NCBI GenBank assembly: GCA_017538195.1
Contig: JAFYJH010000045.1
Span: 486 to 64,485 of the forward strand
Direction: 5' to 3'
DNA from: Prevotella sp.
GTDB taxonomy: Bacteria > Bacteroidota > Bacteroidia > Bacteroidales > Bacteroidaceae
Length of the DNA: 64,000 nt
Shown: in pieces, positions 55,092 through 64,000 of the stretch
Position numbering within the stretch: the first letter of the stretch is position 1
Layout of the letters: each line of letters starts with the position of its first letter
The notes under the pieces: model-generated
What the model was told of the DNA's origin: nothing
Seen by the model: the letters and a program-made list of their open reading frames with translations, nothing else
Databases searched by the model: none
Program-made: the position numbers and the translations under genes

Positions 55092-55397
55092 ATGAGTAGC
55101 AGAGAATGTTTAGGCAAACTGTCGAAAGTCTTGTTTTGGGACATCGACATGGACAAGGCTGACATGGATCAATACCCGGCCCATTTCATTCAGCGTGTCC
55201 TTGAATACGGAACGATGGACGACTGGCGGCTTCTGCGTTCCTATTACGGCATTCCGAAAATCGTGGAAGAATGTAAGCAGTTGCGCACGCTCGACCCCAT
55301 TTGCCTCTCGTATATCTGCGCCATTTCCCATACCAAACCAGAAGAATACCGATGTTATCATACCAGACAATCGAACCCCACACCTTGGAACTCCTAA
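55092..55397 (+). CDS. DUF6922-like small protein (putative antitoxin partner of AbiEii-type nucleotidyltransferases)
   Basis: LFWDID...IQRVLEYGTMDDW...YYG pattern. Confidence 0.7.
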   Translation: MSSRECLGKLSKVLFWDIDMDKADMDQYPAHFIQRVLEYGTMDDWRLLRSYYGIPKIVEECKQLRTLDPICLSYICAISHTKPEEYRCYHTRQSNPTPWNS

Positions 55398-55408
55398 GAC
55401 GGCTGTAA
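55352..55408 (+). pseudogene. 18-codon remnant of the overlapping downstream gene (AbiEii-like N-terminus)
   Basis: MLSYQTIEPHTLELLRRL* overlaps the 3' end of 55092..55397. Confidence 0.5.
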
Positions 55409-55475
55409 TTTCTTGTAGTTTTCTTTGCATATTCCGATAATTCTTCATATCTTTGCGTGCAAAACAGGTGTCGTT

Positions 55476-56534
55476 ATGAATAACAATCAAGAAATTGCGC
55501 GAATCGACAAGTCGGAAGCGTTGCAGCCTGTGATGCAGAACGGCACGCTTGTCGAGGATGTCAAAGCCATCATTGAGCAGGGAAAACGGCAGGCTTATGC
55601 GTCTGTCAATGCTGCTATGATTGAAACCTACTGGAACGTGGGACGGCGCATCGTGGAGGAGGAGCAGCACGGGCAAAAACGTGCCGAATATGGGTCGCAG
55701 ATGATAGAATTTCTTGCTCAGCAGCTCGCCGCCGACTACGGCAACAGCTATTCCCCTCGCTATCTGAGGTCTTTCCGCAAATTCTATACTGTTTTCCCCG
55801 ATTACGAGATTTGGAAATCGCGATTTCCGAATTTGATGTGGACGCACATCTTCCGTGCCTTGCGAGTGGGAGATGAAACTGCCATACGCTGGTATTTAGG
55901 CGAGGCTTCCACGCAAATGTGGACTGTCAAGATGCTTGACAGGAACATTAGCACCCAGTATTATGAGCGTCATTTGTCGAAGCCGCAACTCAGCAATTCT
56001 AACAAGGTTCTTGCCCTCGCCGACAAGACGGAAGTCATCAAGAATCCCGTTATGGCTGAATTTCTTGGATTCAAGCGCGACGACAAATATTCAGAAACGG
56101 ACTTGGAGAGTGCCATTATTTCCCATTTGCAGGATTTTATGATGGAGTTAGGCAAGGGTTTCGCTTTTATGGGAAGGCAACAGCTTGTCCGAACTGCTGC
56201 ACAAGACTATTTTATAGATCTCGTGTTCTACAATGTTATTCTTAAATGCTACGTATTAGTCGATTTGAAGATAGGCAAGGTGACGCATCAGGATGTCGGG
56301 CAGATGGATATGTATGTGCGTATGTTCGACGAAATCAAGCGCACGGAAACAGACAACCCGACGATAGGAATATTGCTTTGCAGCGAAACGGACGAAGATA
56401 TAGCCCGATATTCCGTCTTGAAAGGCAACGAACAGTTGTTTGCCACCAAATACAAATTATTCTTGCCTTCACCAGAGGAATTAAGAAAGGAAATCGAGCG
56501 GCAAAAGGAAATCTATCGTTTGCAGCATACATGA
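55476..56534 (+). CDS. DUF1016/YhcG PD-(D/E)XK nuclease family protein
   Basis: YWNVGRRIVEEEQ, AEYG, ELGKGFAF, IDLVFYN, VDLK, GQMDMYV, NPTIGILLC; promoter TATCTTTG at ~55448. Confidence 0.92.
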   Translation: MNNNQEIARIDKSEALQPVMQNGTLVEDVKAIIEQGKRQAYASVNAAMIETYWNVGRRIVEEEQHGQKRAEYGSQMIEFLAQQLAADYGNSYSPRYLRSFRKFYTVFPDYEIWKSRFPNLMWTHIFRALRVGDETAIRWYLGEASTQMWTVKMLDRNISTQYYERHLSKPQLSNSNKVLALADKTEVIKNPVMAEFLGFKRDDKYSETDLESAIISHLQDFMMELGKGFAFMGRQQLVRTAAQDYFIDLVFYNVILKCYVLVDLKIGKVTHQDVGQMDMYVRMFDEIKRTETDNPTIGILLCSETDEDIARYSVLKGNEQLFATKYKLFLPSPEELRKEIERQKEIYRLQHT

Positions 56535-56675
56535 ATCAATTTATAATCATTTTTTACTAACTAAAAAACTAAAGAACACGAAAAAATATCGTTAAAAATA
56601 TTTAATAAATTTGGCATAATCGTCGGAAATCAGTATATTTGCAAACCAATTTTTAATCAAATTCAACGATTAGTT

Positions 56676-57536
56676 ATGAAAAAGAAACTTTTATTTTTAC
56701 TGGCAGTCGTGCTGTTCGGCACAACGACGATTTCGGCACAAGCCCCATCGGACTATCGTCCTTTCTTGAAAGAGGGAAAAGTTTGGAATTGCCAGATTAC
56801 CGAGCGGACAACCGAAAGAATCGGCGAGGCGACGGCTTCATATTTGCAGACAACGGTCTTTGGACTGAGAATCGACGGCGACATCGTGTTTGACGGTAAA
56901 ACGTACAAGAGGTTTTATCGGGACACCATTTCGGTGGAGCGGAAATTGATTGACGCCGACCCTGAGAATGTCGCCGAGTCGCTTCCTCAGTATGAATATC
57001 GGGAGGGTGGCGGCACCGCGCTCAACGAGGAATTTCTGCGCGAGGAAGGCCGAAAAATCTTCATCTATTGGCCGCCGAGAGGCACGGAACTTCTGCTCTA
57101 TGACTTTTCGCTTGCCGAGGGCGAAAGCACATCTGGCAACTATGCAGGCGGCAGTGACTTGAGCGTGGACAAGATTGAAACCATCGTTGCTCAAGGGCAG
57201 GAATTCCGCCGTTTCGTGCTTTCGTCGCCTGATCGGAAGAATCTGTTTTGGATTGAGGGTGTCGGTCATCCCTGCGGACCTTTCCGTGCCTATGGCAATG
57301 AGGTGAACGACGGTCGGGAATACACGTTGCTGTCGGTTTATGAGGATGGCGAATGTGTTTTTTCCAAAGATGATTTCAATGCGCAAGCCATTGGTACAAA
57401 CGAAATTGAAACGATTCAGAAAGATAGTTCAGATTTCAAAGATAATGCCATTTTCGACCTGCAAGGCCGTCGGCTGAAAACTGCGCCGGAAAAAGGCGTT
57501 TATATTCGCGGTGGGAAAAAGTTTATTAGGAAATAG
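56676..57536 (+). CDS. Secreted hypothetical protein with Prevotella T9SS-type tail
   Basis: Signal peptide; YRPFLKEGKVW, LLYDFSL, WIEGVG; C-terminal IFDLQGRRL...KGVYIRGGKKFIRK. Confidence 0.75.
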   Translation: MKKKLLFLLAVVLFGTTTISAQAPSDYRPFLKEGKVWNCQITERTTERIGEATASYLQTTVFGLRIDGDIVFDGKTYKRFYRDTISVERKLIDADPENVAESLPQYEYREGGGTALNEEFLREEGRKIFIYWPPRGTELLLYDFSLAEGESTSGNYAGGSDLSVDKIETIVAQGQEFRRFVLSSPDRKNLFWIEGVGHPCGPFRAYGNEVNDGREYTLLSVYEDGECVFSKDDFNAQAIGTNEIETIQKDSSDFKDNAIFDLQGRRLKTAPEKGVYIRGGKKFIRK

Positions 57537-57560
57537 CGTCGGGAAATCGGGCTGCAACTT

Positions 57561-57639
57561 TTTCTGACAGCATTTGAAAGCCTCACGACTTCGCTTTGGA
57601 AAGTTCGTGAGGCTTTTTTGTGAATTGTCCGCCCTGCAA
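57561..57639 (+). terminator. Repeat A copy 3; intrinsic terminator-like hairpin
   Basis: aagcctcacga...tcgtgaggctt followed by a T run, between convergent genes. Confidence 0.8.
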
Positions 57640-57703
57640 ACCAATGACGGAATAAAAAGTCGCCTTGTTCTTTGATAAAAAAAGTAAAAAAACATAATTT
57701 CCT

Positions 57704-58654
57704 TTATTTGAGCATCGCTTGAACTTTAGGAATATTGTCAATGATATGCTTAACGAAGGTCTCTTTGCCTTTGATGTGTGCGCAATTTGAGCCGTTGATG
57801 AGGTGTAGCCACGTTTCATCGATGAATTGGATACAGTCGCCGTGATAAATATCGTTGCCCAATTTGAGACCTTTTGTTTGTTTGATTCGTAAGGTTCTCG
57901 TAGTGGGAAACTCTATTGTGTTGATGTTGTAATGGCGAAAAACTCGTTTATACATAGAACCTCCTGAGTCAAGATATTGTTTTTTGACGTATAGCGGCAT
58001 GAAATCGGGTTTGTAATTGGCAATAGAATTGAGTCTGAAAATACTCCATCCCGGCCACAAATACCATTCACGGCTTGGTTCTCTCCTAACTCCCAGAAAA
58101 TCGTTAGTGCCCAGTCTTTCCTTTACAGAAATGTCTTTAAGTGGAAAAAGATCGTGATCAAGTAGCATAAAAACTTCTGGATTTCGGGGTTTTATGACAA
58201 ATCGGTAAGTCCAATTAAGGGCACATCCGTGTGAGTAACCGTTTGCATAGATATTTTTTGCCGCCAACCAACTAACCATGTGTGGTATAGCGATGTATTC
58301 AATATCATTTTTTTTGCATAGCGAGGCGATTCGCTTACGCATTTTTTTTCGTGTTGAGTTGTCGATAATAATGTGTTGATAGTCGTCATCGGATATAAAC
58401 TGTTTCACCAATTCTATTTGTTTGTTAATTAACAAGTCGTTGTTGAAAGCCACTGTGATGAGTATTAAGTTAATGTTTGCATTATTTTCCGACGGGTAAG
58501 GATGCTTTCGACCAATCGTTGAGAGACCTTTTGCCAATAGGCAAAATGCTTTTGAATATGTACGTATGAGGTAGTTGAAAAAACTGCGTGCCATACGGCT
58601 TTTATAGATGTTATCAAAGAGCGTTGTACGCCTCAATCGTTGAACCCATTTCAT
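57704..58654 (-). CDS. Putative GT-A fold glycosyltransferase, AT-rich
   Basis: ITVAFNN, IIDNS, SHGCALNW, LLDHDLF (DxD); ATGA overlap with ribD. Confidence 0.55.
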   Translation of the reverse strand: MKWVQRLRRTTLFDNIYKSRMARSFFNYLIRTYSKAFCLLAKGLSTIGRKHPYPSENNANINLILITVAFNNDLLINKQIELVKQFISDDDYQHIIIDNSTRKKMRKRIASLCKKNDIEYIAIPHMVSWLAAKNIYANGYSHGCALNWTYRFVIKPRNPEVFMLLDHDLFPLKDISVKERLGTNDFLGVRREPSREWYLWPGWSIFRLNSIANYKPDFMPLYVKKQYLDSGGSMYKRVFRHYNINTIEFPTTRTLRIKQTKGLKLGNDIYHGDCIQFIDETWLHLINGSNCAHIKGKETFVKHIIDNIPKVQAMLK

Positions 58655-59691
58655 ATTGGTAATCCTTTCTTGTAATGGCTGATGGTGTTGTTTTCAATGG
58701 CTTTTTGCGCAAAGAGAACGGCATTGTCGGGAAGTTGTGGGGCGGAAGTTGAACCGTCGATTGTCTGTCGTAAATCATCAGCTGTTTCGATTCTGATTTC
58801 ATCCCATAAATCGCGGTCAATAAACGATTGCAGGGTTTCCCGACCGCCTTCGACGATGAGCGACTGAAGTTGTTGCTCGCGACATTCGCGAAAAAGTTCT
58901 TCAAAGGAATTCACCCAAATTTTTCCTCGTTCCTCCTTCCTCGCTTCTCGTTCCTCCTTTCTCCTTCCTCGCTCCTCGTTCCTCGTTCCTCCTTCCTCGC
59001 TCCTCGAAACCACAAACCTCACAGGCGACCGACCACACCACTCGCGGACATTCAACTGCGGATGCTCGCGCTCGTCGGTGACGCGACCCACGAGAATGGC
59101 ATCTTCCTCGGCACGGAGCTTGTGGACGAGCATTTTCGTGAACGAAGTCGAGATGGCGAGGGCTTTTTCGTTGTCGTCGATGAAACCGTCGGCAGTCTGC
59201 GCCCATTTCAAAATGATATAAGGTCGATTTTTCTCGTGAAACGTGAAAAAACGGCGGTTCAGCCAACGACATTCCGCCTCAAGAACGCCGACGGTCACGT
59301 CGATGCCGGCATCACGAAGCCTTTGGATTCCGCGTCCCTGCACCTCGGAAAACGGGTCGATGCAGCCCACGACGACGCGCCGGACTCCTTTTCGGACAAT
59401 CAAATCGCTACACGGCGGCGTTTTTCCGTGATGCGAACAAGGTTCGAGCGACACGTAGAGCGTGGCTTGCGCTAACAGATGCTCGTTGGTGGGTTTCACG
59501 GACGCAAAGGCGTTCACCTCGGCGTGTCCCTCGCCACAGCGCACGTGGTAGCCCTCGCCGATAATCCACCCGTCAGCCACGATGACGCAGCCCACCATCG
59601 GGTTCGGACGCGACAAATTTCGACCGCATTTCGCAAGCTGAATGCAGCGTCGCATAAATTTTTCGTCGAGTGCGATTTGGTTTTTATCCAT
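58651..59691 (-). CDS. ribD: Riboflavin biosynthesis deaminase/reductase
   Basis: PNPMVG, HAEVNA, LEPCSHHGKTPPC, KWAQTADG, VEGG. Confidence 0.96.
   Translation of the reverse strand: MDKNQIALDEKFMRRCIQLAKCGRNLSRPNPMVGCVIVADGWIIGEGYHVRCGEGHAEVNAFASVKPTNEHLLAQATLYVSLEPCSHHGKTPPCSDLIVRKGVRRVVVGCIDPFSEVQGRGIQRLRDAGIDVTVGVLEAECRWLNRRFFTFHEKNRPYIILKWAQTADGFIDDNEKALAISTSFTKMLVHKLRAEEDAILVGRVTDEREHPQLNVREWCGRSPVRFVVSRSEEGGTRNEERGRRKEEREARKEERGKIWVNSFEELFRECREQQLQSLIVEGGRETLQSFIDRDLWDEIRIETADDLRQTIDGSTSAPQLPDNAVLFAQKAIENNTISHYKKGLPI
58923..59006. repeat. 12 x heptamer (ttcctcg family), in-frame in ribD
   Basis: 84 nt; encodes the low-complexity stretch SEEGGTRNEERGRRKEEREARKEERG. Confidence 0.9.
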
Positions 59692-59711
59692 TTTTTTCGT
59701 ATTTTTGCAGC

Positions 59712-60654
59712 ATGACTGATTCGTTTTGCCCCAAAACCGACCATTTTCGCGCCACGAACTACCGCGAACTCTGCCGTCGCCTTGCCGAGAAATACGGCTT
59801 GGACGAGGCGCGTGCCATTGTCCGACTGGTGCTCGGAAAGCGGTTTGGGCTGTCGATGGCCGACATTTTGTGCGACAAAGTTACGGAATTATCGGCAGAC
59901 GACCGCACGGAATTGGAAAAAATCATGTTTCGACTCGAAAATGGCGAGCCGGTGCAGTATGTTTTGGGCTTCGCGGAGTTTTGCGGCAGGCGGTTTTCCG
60001 TCGGGTCAGAGGTGCTGATTCCGAGGCCGGAAACGGAGGAGTTGTGTTGGTGGATTGTCGAGGAGCGAGGAAGGAGGAACGAGGACGGAGGAGCGAGGAA
60101 GGAGGAACGAAGAACGAGGAAGGAGGAACGAGATTTCACGATTTTGGATATTGGAACGGGTAGCGGCTGCATTGCGATTACGTTGGCGGCGGAACTGCCC
60201 GACGCGCAGGTTTCGGCCTGGGATATTTCGGAAAAAGCACTGGCGACAGCGCGAAAAAATGCCGATTTCATCGGTGTAAATGTCGATTTCGAGCAAATTG
60301 ATATTTTAAAAAATCCTCCTTCCTCCTTCCTCCTTCAATATGGTTGTCAGCAATCCGCCCTACATCTGCGAAACCGAAAAAATCGCGATGAAACCGCACG
60401 TTTTGGAGTATGAACCGCACGTTGCGTTGTTCGTTCCCGACGACGACCCGCTGTTGTTCTATCGTGCCATCGCCGACTTCGCCGTCCACGCGCTGAAGCC
60501 CGATGGATGGCTGTATTTCGAGGCGAATCCATTGTATATCAATGATTTAAAGACGATGCTTTCGGAACGGAATTTCGATGAAATCGAGGAAAAATGCGAC
60601 CAATTCGGGAAAAAACGAATGATTCGAGCGAAAAAATCAAGAAAATTGACTTGA
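59712..60654 (+). pseudogene. prmC: Release-factor glutamine methyltransferase, frameshifted at a heptamer repeat
   Basis: EPVQYVLG, VLIPRPETEEL, LDIGTGSGCIA in one frame; VVSNPPY, YEPHVALF in the +1 frame after (cctcctt)x3 at 60315-60335. Confidence 0.88.
60059..60132. repeat. ~10.5 x heptamer (cgaggaa family), in-frame in prmC
   Basis: Encodes EERGRRNEDGGARKEERRTRKEER. Confidence 0.9.
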
Positions 60655-60672
60655 AAAAACGGAAAAAATGAT

Positions 60673-61137
60673 ATGAAAAAGACGGAAATGACCGAAAAAC
60701 AAGCGTTGAGCAAGCTGATGGCACTCTGCGCACGGAGCGAACACTCGTCGGGCGAGATGTTGCAGAAAATGCGGCTCTGGGGACTCGACGATGAGGCGCA
60801 GGCGCGTATTATGGAACGGCTCGTCAGCGGAAAATTCATCGACGACGAGCGCTTTACAAGGGCTTTCGTGAACGATAAAATCAAGTACAACCAATGGGGT
60901 CGGCGGAAAATCGAACAGGCACTCTGGGCGAAGGGCATCGAAGCGTCGGTACAGCGAAAAATCCTCGATTCCATCGATGAAAATGACTATTTGGCAGCCT
61001 TGAAACCGCTGCTGAAAAGCAAGGGGCGCAGCATCAGCGGACGCAACGAATTTGAACGGCAGATGAAGTTGATTCGCTTCGCCGTGAGTCGCGGTTTTTC
61101 GATGGAACAAATCAATCGTTGCCTGGAGATCAATTAA
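60673..61137 (+). CDS. recX: Regulatory protein RecX
   Basis: LCARSEHS, FIDDERFTRAFV, WGRRKI, FAVSRGFS; follows prmC. Confidence 0.9.
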   Translation: MKKTEMTEKQALSKLMALCARSEHSSGEMLQKMRLWGLDDEAQARIMERLVSGKFIDDERFTRAFVNDKIKYNQWGRRKIEQALWAKGIEASVQRKILDSIDENDYLAALKPLLKSKGRSISGRNEFERQMKLIRFAVSRGFSMEQINRCLEIN

Positions 61138-61207
61138 CAATTATCAATTATCAATTTTCACTCCACACTCCACACTCCACACTTCACACTCCACAAATCA
61201 CGAAAAA

Positions 61208-61903
61208 ATGGGCAGTTTTTGGACACGATTATTCGACTTGATCGCCCCGCGATTCTGCGTGGCCTGCGACAATCGGCTTGCCGAATCCGAGCAGCACGTT
61301 TGCCTGAATTGCCTGTTGGACTTGCCGAGGACGCACTACGCCGACCAACCCTACGACAACCCGATGGCGCAACTTTTCTGGGGGCATTTTCGCGTGGAGA
61401 AGGCCGCAGCGTGGTTTTTCTATCAACCGTCGTCGCCCCACAGCGGCATGATTCATCAGTTGAAATACCATCGACAGCGAGAAATCGGCCATTTCATCGG
61501 GCGTGTGGCGGCTGAGGAAATGTCGCGGCGACACTTTTTCGACGACATCGACCTGCTGATTCCCATTCCGCTGACGAAGCGTCGCCAACGCTCGCGAGGC
61601 TACAACCAAAGTCTTGAAATTGCGCGTGGCATCAGCGAAACGACGGGCATTCCCGTGTGTGAAAAGGCGGTGCGACGCACTCGTTTCGAGCAAAGTCAGA
61701 CGCACAAAACGGCGAAGGAGCGTCGGGAAAACGTGTCGGGTGTGTTTGAACTGGTTGATAATGAAGCGGTTAGCGGTCGTCACGTATTGGTCATTGACGA
61801 TGTGATTACGACGGGTTCCACGATGATTTCCTGTTGTCGCGAGTTGCAGAAGGCGACAGATGTGAAAATCAGCATTTTTTCCATCGGTTTTACGCGAAGT
61901 TAG
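61208..61903 (+). CDS. comF: ComF family phosphoribosyltransferase-like protein
   Basis: CVAC...CLNC Zn finger, RGYNQS, VLVIDDVITTGST. Confidence 0.9.
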   Translation: MGSFWTRLFDLIAPRFCVACDNRLAESEQHVCLNCLLDLPRTHYADQPYDNPMAQLFWGHFRVEKAAAWFFYQPSSPHSGMIHQLKYHRQREIGHFIGRVAAEEMSRRHFFDDIDLLIPIPLTKRRQRSRGYNQSLEIARGISETTGIPVCEKAVRRTRFEQSQTHKTAKERRENVSGVFELVDNEAVSGRHVLVIDDVITTGSTMISCCRELQKATDVKISIFSIGFTRS

Positions 61904-61916
61904 GCGATTTTTCCGC

Positions 61917-62540
61917 TTATTTCTTCCGAATCAGCGTCAGTCCGTCGCGAATCGGCAGGATGACTTGCTCGGTGCGCGAGTCGGCAGCCACATGGTCGTT
62001 GAAACGGCGGATTCCTTGCGTCTGACGGTCGCGGTCGTAGGCCGAATCGGTCACGTGGCCGTCCCAGAGCGTGTTGTCGGCGAGGAGAAAACCGCCTTGT
62101 CGCACGATTGGCAGCACGGCCTCGTAGGTCTCGACATACGTGCGTTTGTCGCCGTCGAGGAAGGCCATATCAAAGACGAGGTTGAGTTTCGGAGCCTCGC
62201 GAATCGCATCGCCGATGATAAACGTAATTCGGTCGTTGTAAGGCGAATTTTCGAGCCATTTCCGCGTAAAATCCTCCATTTCATCGTTGATTTCGTAGGT
62301 CCAGAGGTGGCCGCCGTCGGGCAGTCCCTCGGCGATGCAAAGAGCGGAATAGCCGCTGAACGTGCCGACTTCGAGCACGCGCTGCGGCCGAATCATCTCG
62401 ACAAGCATTTTCAGCAGCCGTCCCTGCAAATGTCCGCTCGTCATGTGACCGTGGAGCGTTTGCAGGTGCGTGGCGCGCCAGAGTTCGTGCAAATAGTCGA
62501 GTTCCTGCTCGGAATGGCTGAGAATATAATCGTCCATCAA
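61917..62540 (-). CDS. SAM-dependent O-methyltransferase (caffeoyl-CoA/COMT type)
   Basis: LEVGTFSGYS, FLDGDK, ADNTLWDG, LPIRDGL. Confidence 0.9.
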   Translation of the reverse strand: MMDDYILSHSEQELDYLHELWRATHLQTLHGHMTSGHLQGRLLKMLVEMIRPQRVLEVGTFSGYSALCIAEGLPDGGHLWTYEINDEMEDFTRKWLENSPYNDRITFIIGDAIREAPKLNLVFDMAFLDGDKRTYVETYEAVLPIVRQGGFLLADNTLWDGHVTDSAYDRDRQTQGIRRFNDHVAADSRTEQVILPIRDGLTLIRKK

Positions 62541-62559
62541 AATTATGAACTATGAACTC

Positions 62560-62988
62560 TTAACTATGAACTAAACTCTCCACCGCAAGGCGATAAGAGT
62601 CGAGTCCGAAACCGCAAATCGTACCCCGACAAGCGGCAGCGAGCAACGAGCGATGGCGGAACGGCTCACGGGCGTGGATGTTGGAAATGTGCACCTCGAC
62701 CACCGGCGTTTCGATGGCTCGGATGCAGTCGCCGAGTGCGATGCTCGTGTGCGTGTAGGCTCCGGCGTTCAGCACGATGCCGTCGAAAGCCCCGAATCCC
62801 GCCTCCTGCAAATGATTCACCAGTTCGCCCTCGACATTGCTCTGCGCATAACTGATTTCCACCTCGCCGGCGTACCGCTCACGAAGTTGCTGCAAAAACG
62901 TTTCAAACGAGTCGCTGCCATAAATTTCCGGCTCGCGACGACCCAAAAGATTGAGGTTCGGGCCGTTCAAAATCAAAATTTTCTTCAT
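62560..62988 (-). CDS. aroQ: Type II 3-dehydroquinate dehydratase
   Basis: NGPNLNLLGRREPEIYG, QSNVEG, NAGAYTHTS, EVHISN, REPFRH; start MKKILI at 62988. Confidence 0.96.
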   Translation of the reverse strand: MKKILILNGPNLNLLGRREPEIYGSDSFETFLQQLRERYAGEVEISYAQSNVEGELVNHLQEAGFGAFDGIVLNAGAYTHTSIALGDCIRAIETPVVEVHISNIHAREPFRHRSLLAAACRGTICGFGLDSYRLAVESLVHS

Positions 62989-63299
62989 ATTTTCAATTTT
63001 TATGTACTTTCGATGGAGTGATTTCTTTTCAAAATTTCGTTTCGTTTGCAAAATTAAGGTTGCTCTCATAAAAATCGTTGGTTTCAAAACGAGAGTCTTT
63101 GAGATAACCGAAATATGAAACTCCAAAATCTTTTTGGATATTTTATCCTTAGATTACGACCGCAAAGATACAATAAAATTTCAGCATTACGGACTTTTTC
63201 CCGAAAAAACTTTAAAAATCGGGAATAATCTTCGCCAATTTCCCGAAAATAACTACCTTTGCAAGCGATATTTGCAACTGATAAAACGAAGTTAGACGA

Positions 63300-64000
63300 A
63301 TGACAAAAAACAAATTATACAAGGCATTTCAATCGTTGATTGCATCGGGCGGAAGCGGTTTGCTGATGGCTTTTTTCCTTTTGAGTTTTTCCTCTTGCGC
63401 CAGAATGGGCAGTCCCGACGGCGGATGGTTCGACGAAGAGCCGCCGCGTGTCGTCGCGACCTCGCCGACGGACAAGGGAACGGGCGTGACGACGGGAAAA
63501 ATCAGAATTCTTTTCGACGAATTCATCAAAATCGACAATCCGTCGGAGAAGGTCATCGTGTCGCCGCCGCAAATGGAACCGCCTGAAATCAAGGCGGCTG
63601 GCAGAGCGATTCTCGTGGAACTGAAGGACTCGCTGAAGCCGAACACGACTTACACCATCGACTTCTCGGACGCAATCTCCGACAACAACGAGGGAAATCC
63701 GCTCGGCAGCTATACTTACAGTTTCTCGACGGGCGAGGAAATCGACACGATGGAGGTGAGCGGCTACGTGTTGGAGGCGGAAAACCTCGAACCCGTGAAG
63801 GGCATCGCCGTGGGAATCTACAAGGCCGACGCGCCCGACTCGACGTTCCGCACGGAGCCGCTGCTGCGCATCACGCGAACCGACAGCCGAGGCCATTTCG
63901 TCATCAAGGGCATTGCGCCGGGCAGTTATCGAGCCTTCGCGCTGCAAGACTTGGACGGCGACTATGCTTTCTCGCAGAAAAACGAGAAAATCGCCTTCAA
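63300..64000 (+). CDS. Ig-like (Big_5/SbsA-type) domain lipoprotein, partial
   Basis: Hand-translated: lipobox FSSC, ARMGSPDGGWFDEEPP, FDEFIK, LKPNTTYTIDFSDAISDNNEGN; runs off window. Confidence 0.78.
   Translation, partial: MTKNKLYKAFQSLIASGGSGLLMAFFLLSFSSCARMGSPDGGWFDEEPPRVVATSPTDKGTGVTTGKIRILFDEFIKIDNPSEKVIVSPPQMEPPEIKAAGRAILVELKDSLKPNTTYTIDFSDAISDNNEGNPLGSYTYSFSTGEEIDTMEVSGYVLEAENLEPVKGIAVGIYKADAPDSTFRTEPLLRITRTDSRGHFVIKGIAPGSYRAFALQDLDGDYAFSQKNEKIAF

Noticed and set aside
53658-57639. CRISPR array or classical integron
   Set aside because: The repeats are 54-82 bp and separated by whole genes, with no cas genes, no IntI and no clear attC RYYYAAC/GTTRRRY ends.

Overview
Prevotella-like Bacteroidales chromosome segment (TAnnTTTG promoters, SusC/SusD pairs, T9SS-type C-terminal tails). 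From left to right: (1) a type I restriction-modification locus (hsdM, Fic gene, hsdS, then a truncated ABC/AAA ATPase gene). (2) An ~8.2 kb integrase-less island bounded by a tRNA(CAU) and a 45-bp copy of its 3' half. It carries one operon: outer-membrane barrel, monomodular C-A-T-R NRPS, Cache-PP2C phosphatase, RsbW-like kinase (same frame, one TAA away) and STAS protein. (3) Housekeeping and catabolic genes (sdaA, two GH109, S9 peptidase, two deoxynucleoside kinases). (4) A CAZyme-free double SusC/SusD locus with three fasciclin lipoproteins. (5) A pruA / pyrB-pyrI-arcB-arcC / rocD cluster. (6) A CotH-family protein and an argS carrying a ~500-bp AT-rich in-frame replacement plus two palindromic in-frame inserts. 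(7) A variable hotspot of toxin-antitoxin and nuclease genes separated by repeated terminator and promoter modules. (8) ribD, a frameshifted prmC, recX, comF, an O-methyltransferase, aroQ and a partial Ig-like lipoprotein. Heptamer tandem repeats recur, often in-frame inside genes. The best candidates for new biology are the NRPS plus partner-switching island, the argS variable insert and the repeat-delimited cassette hotspot. All family calls are by motif recognition; no database searches were run.
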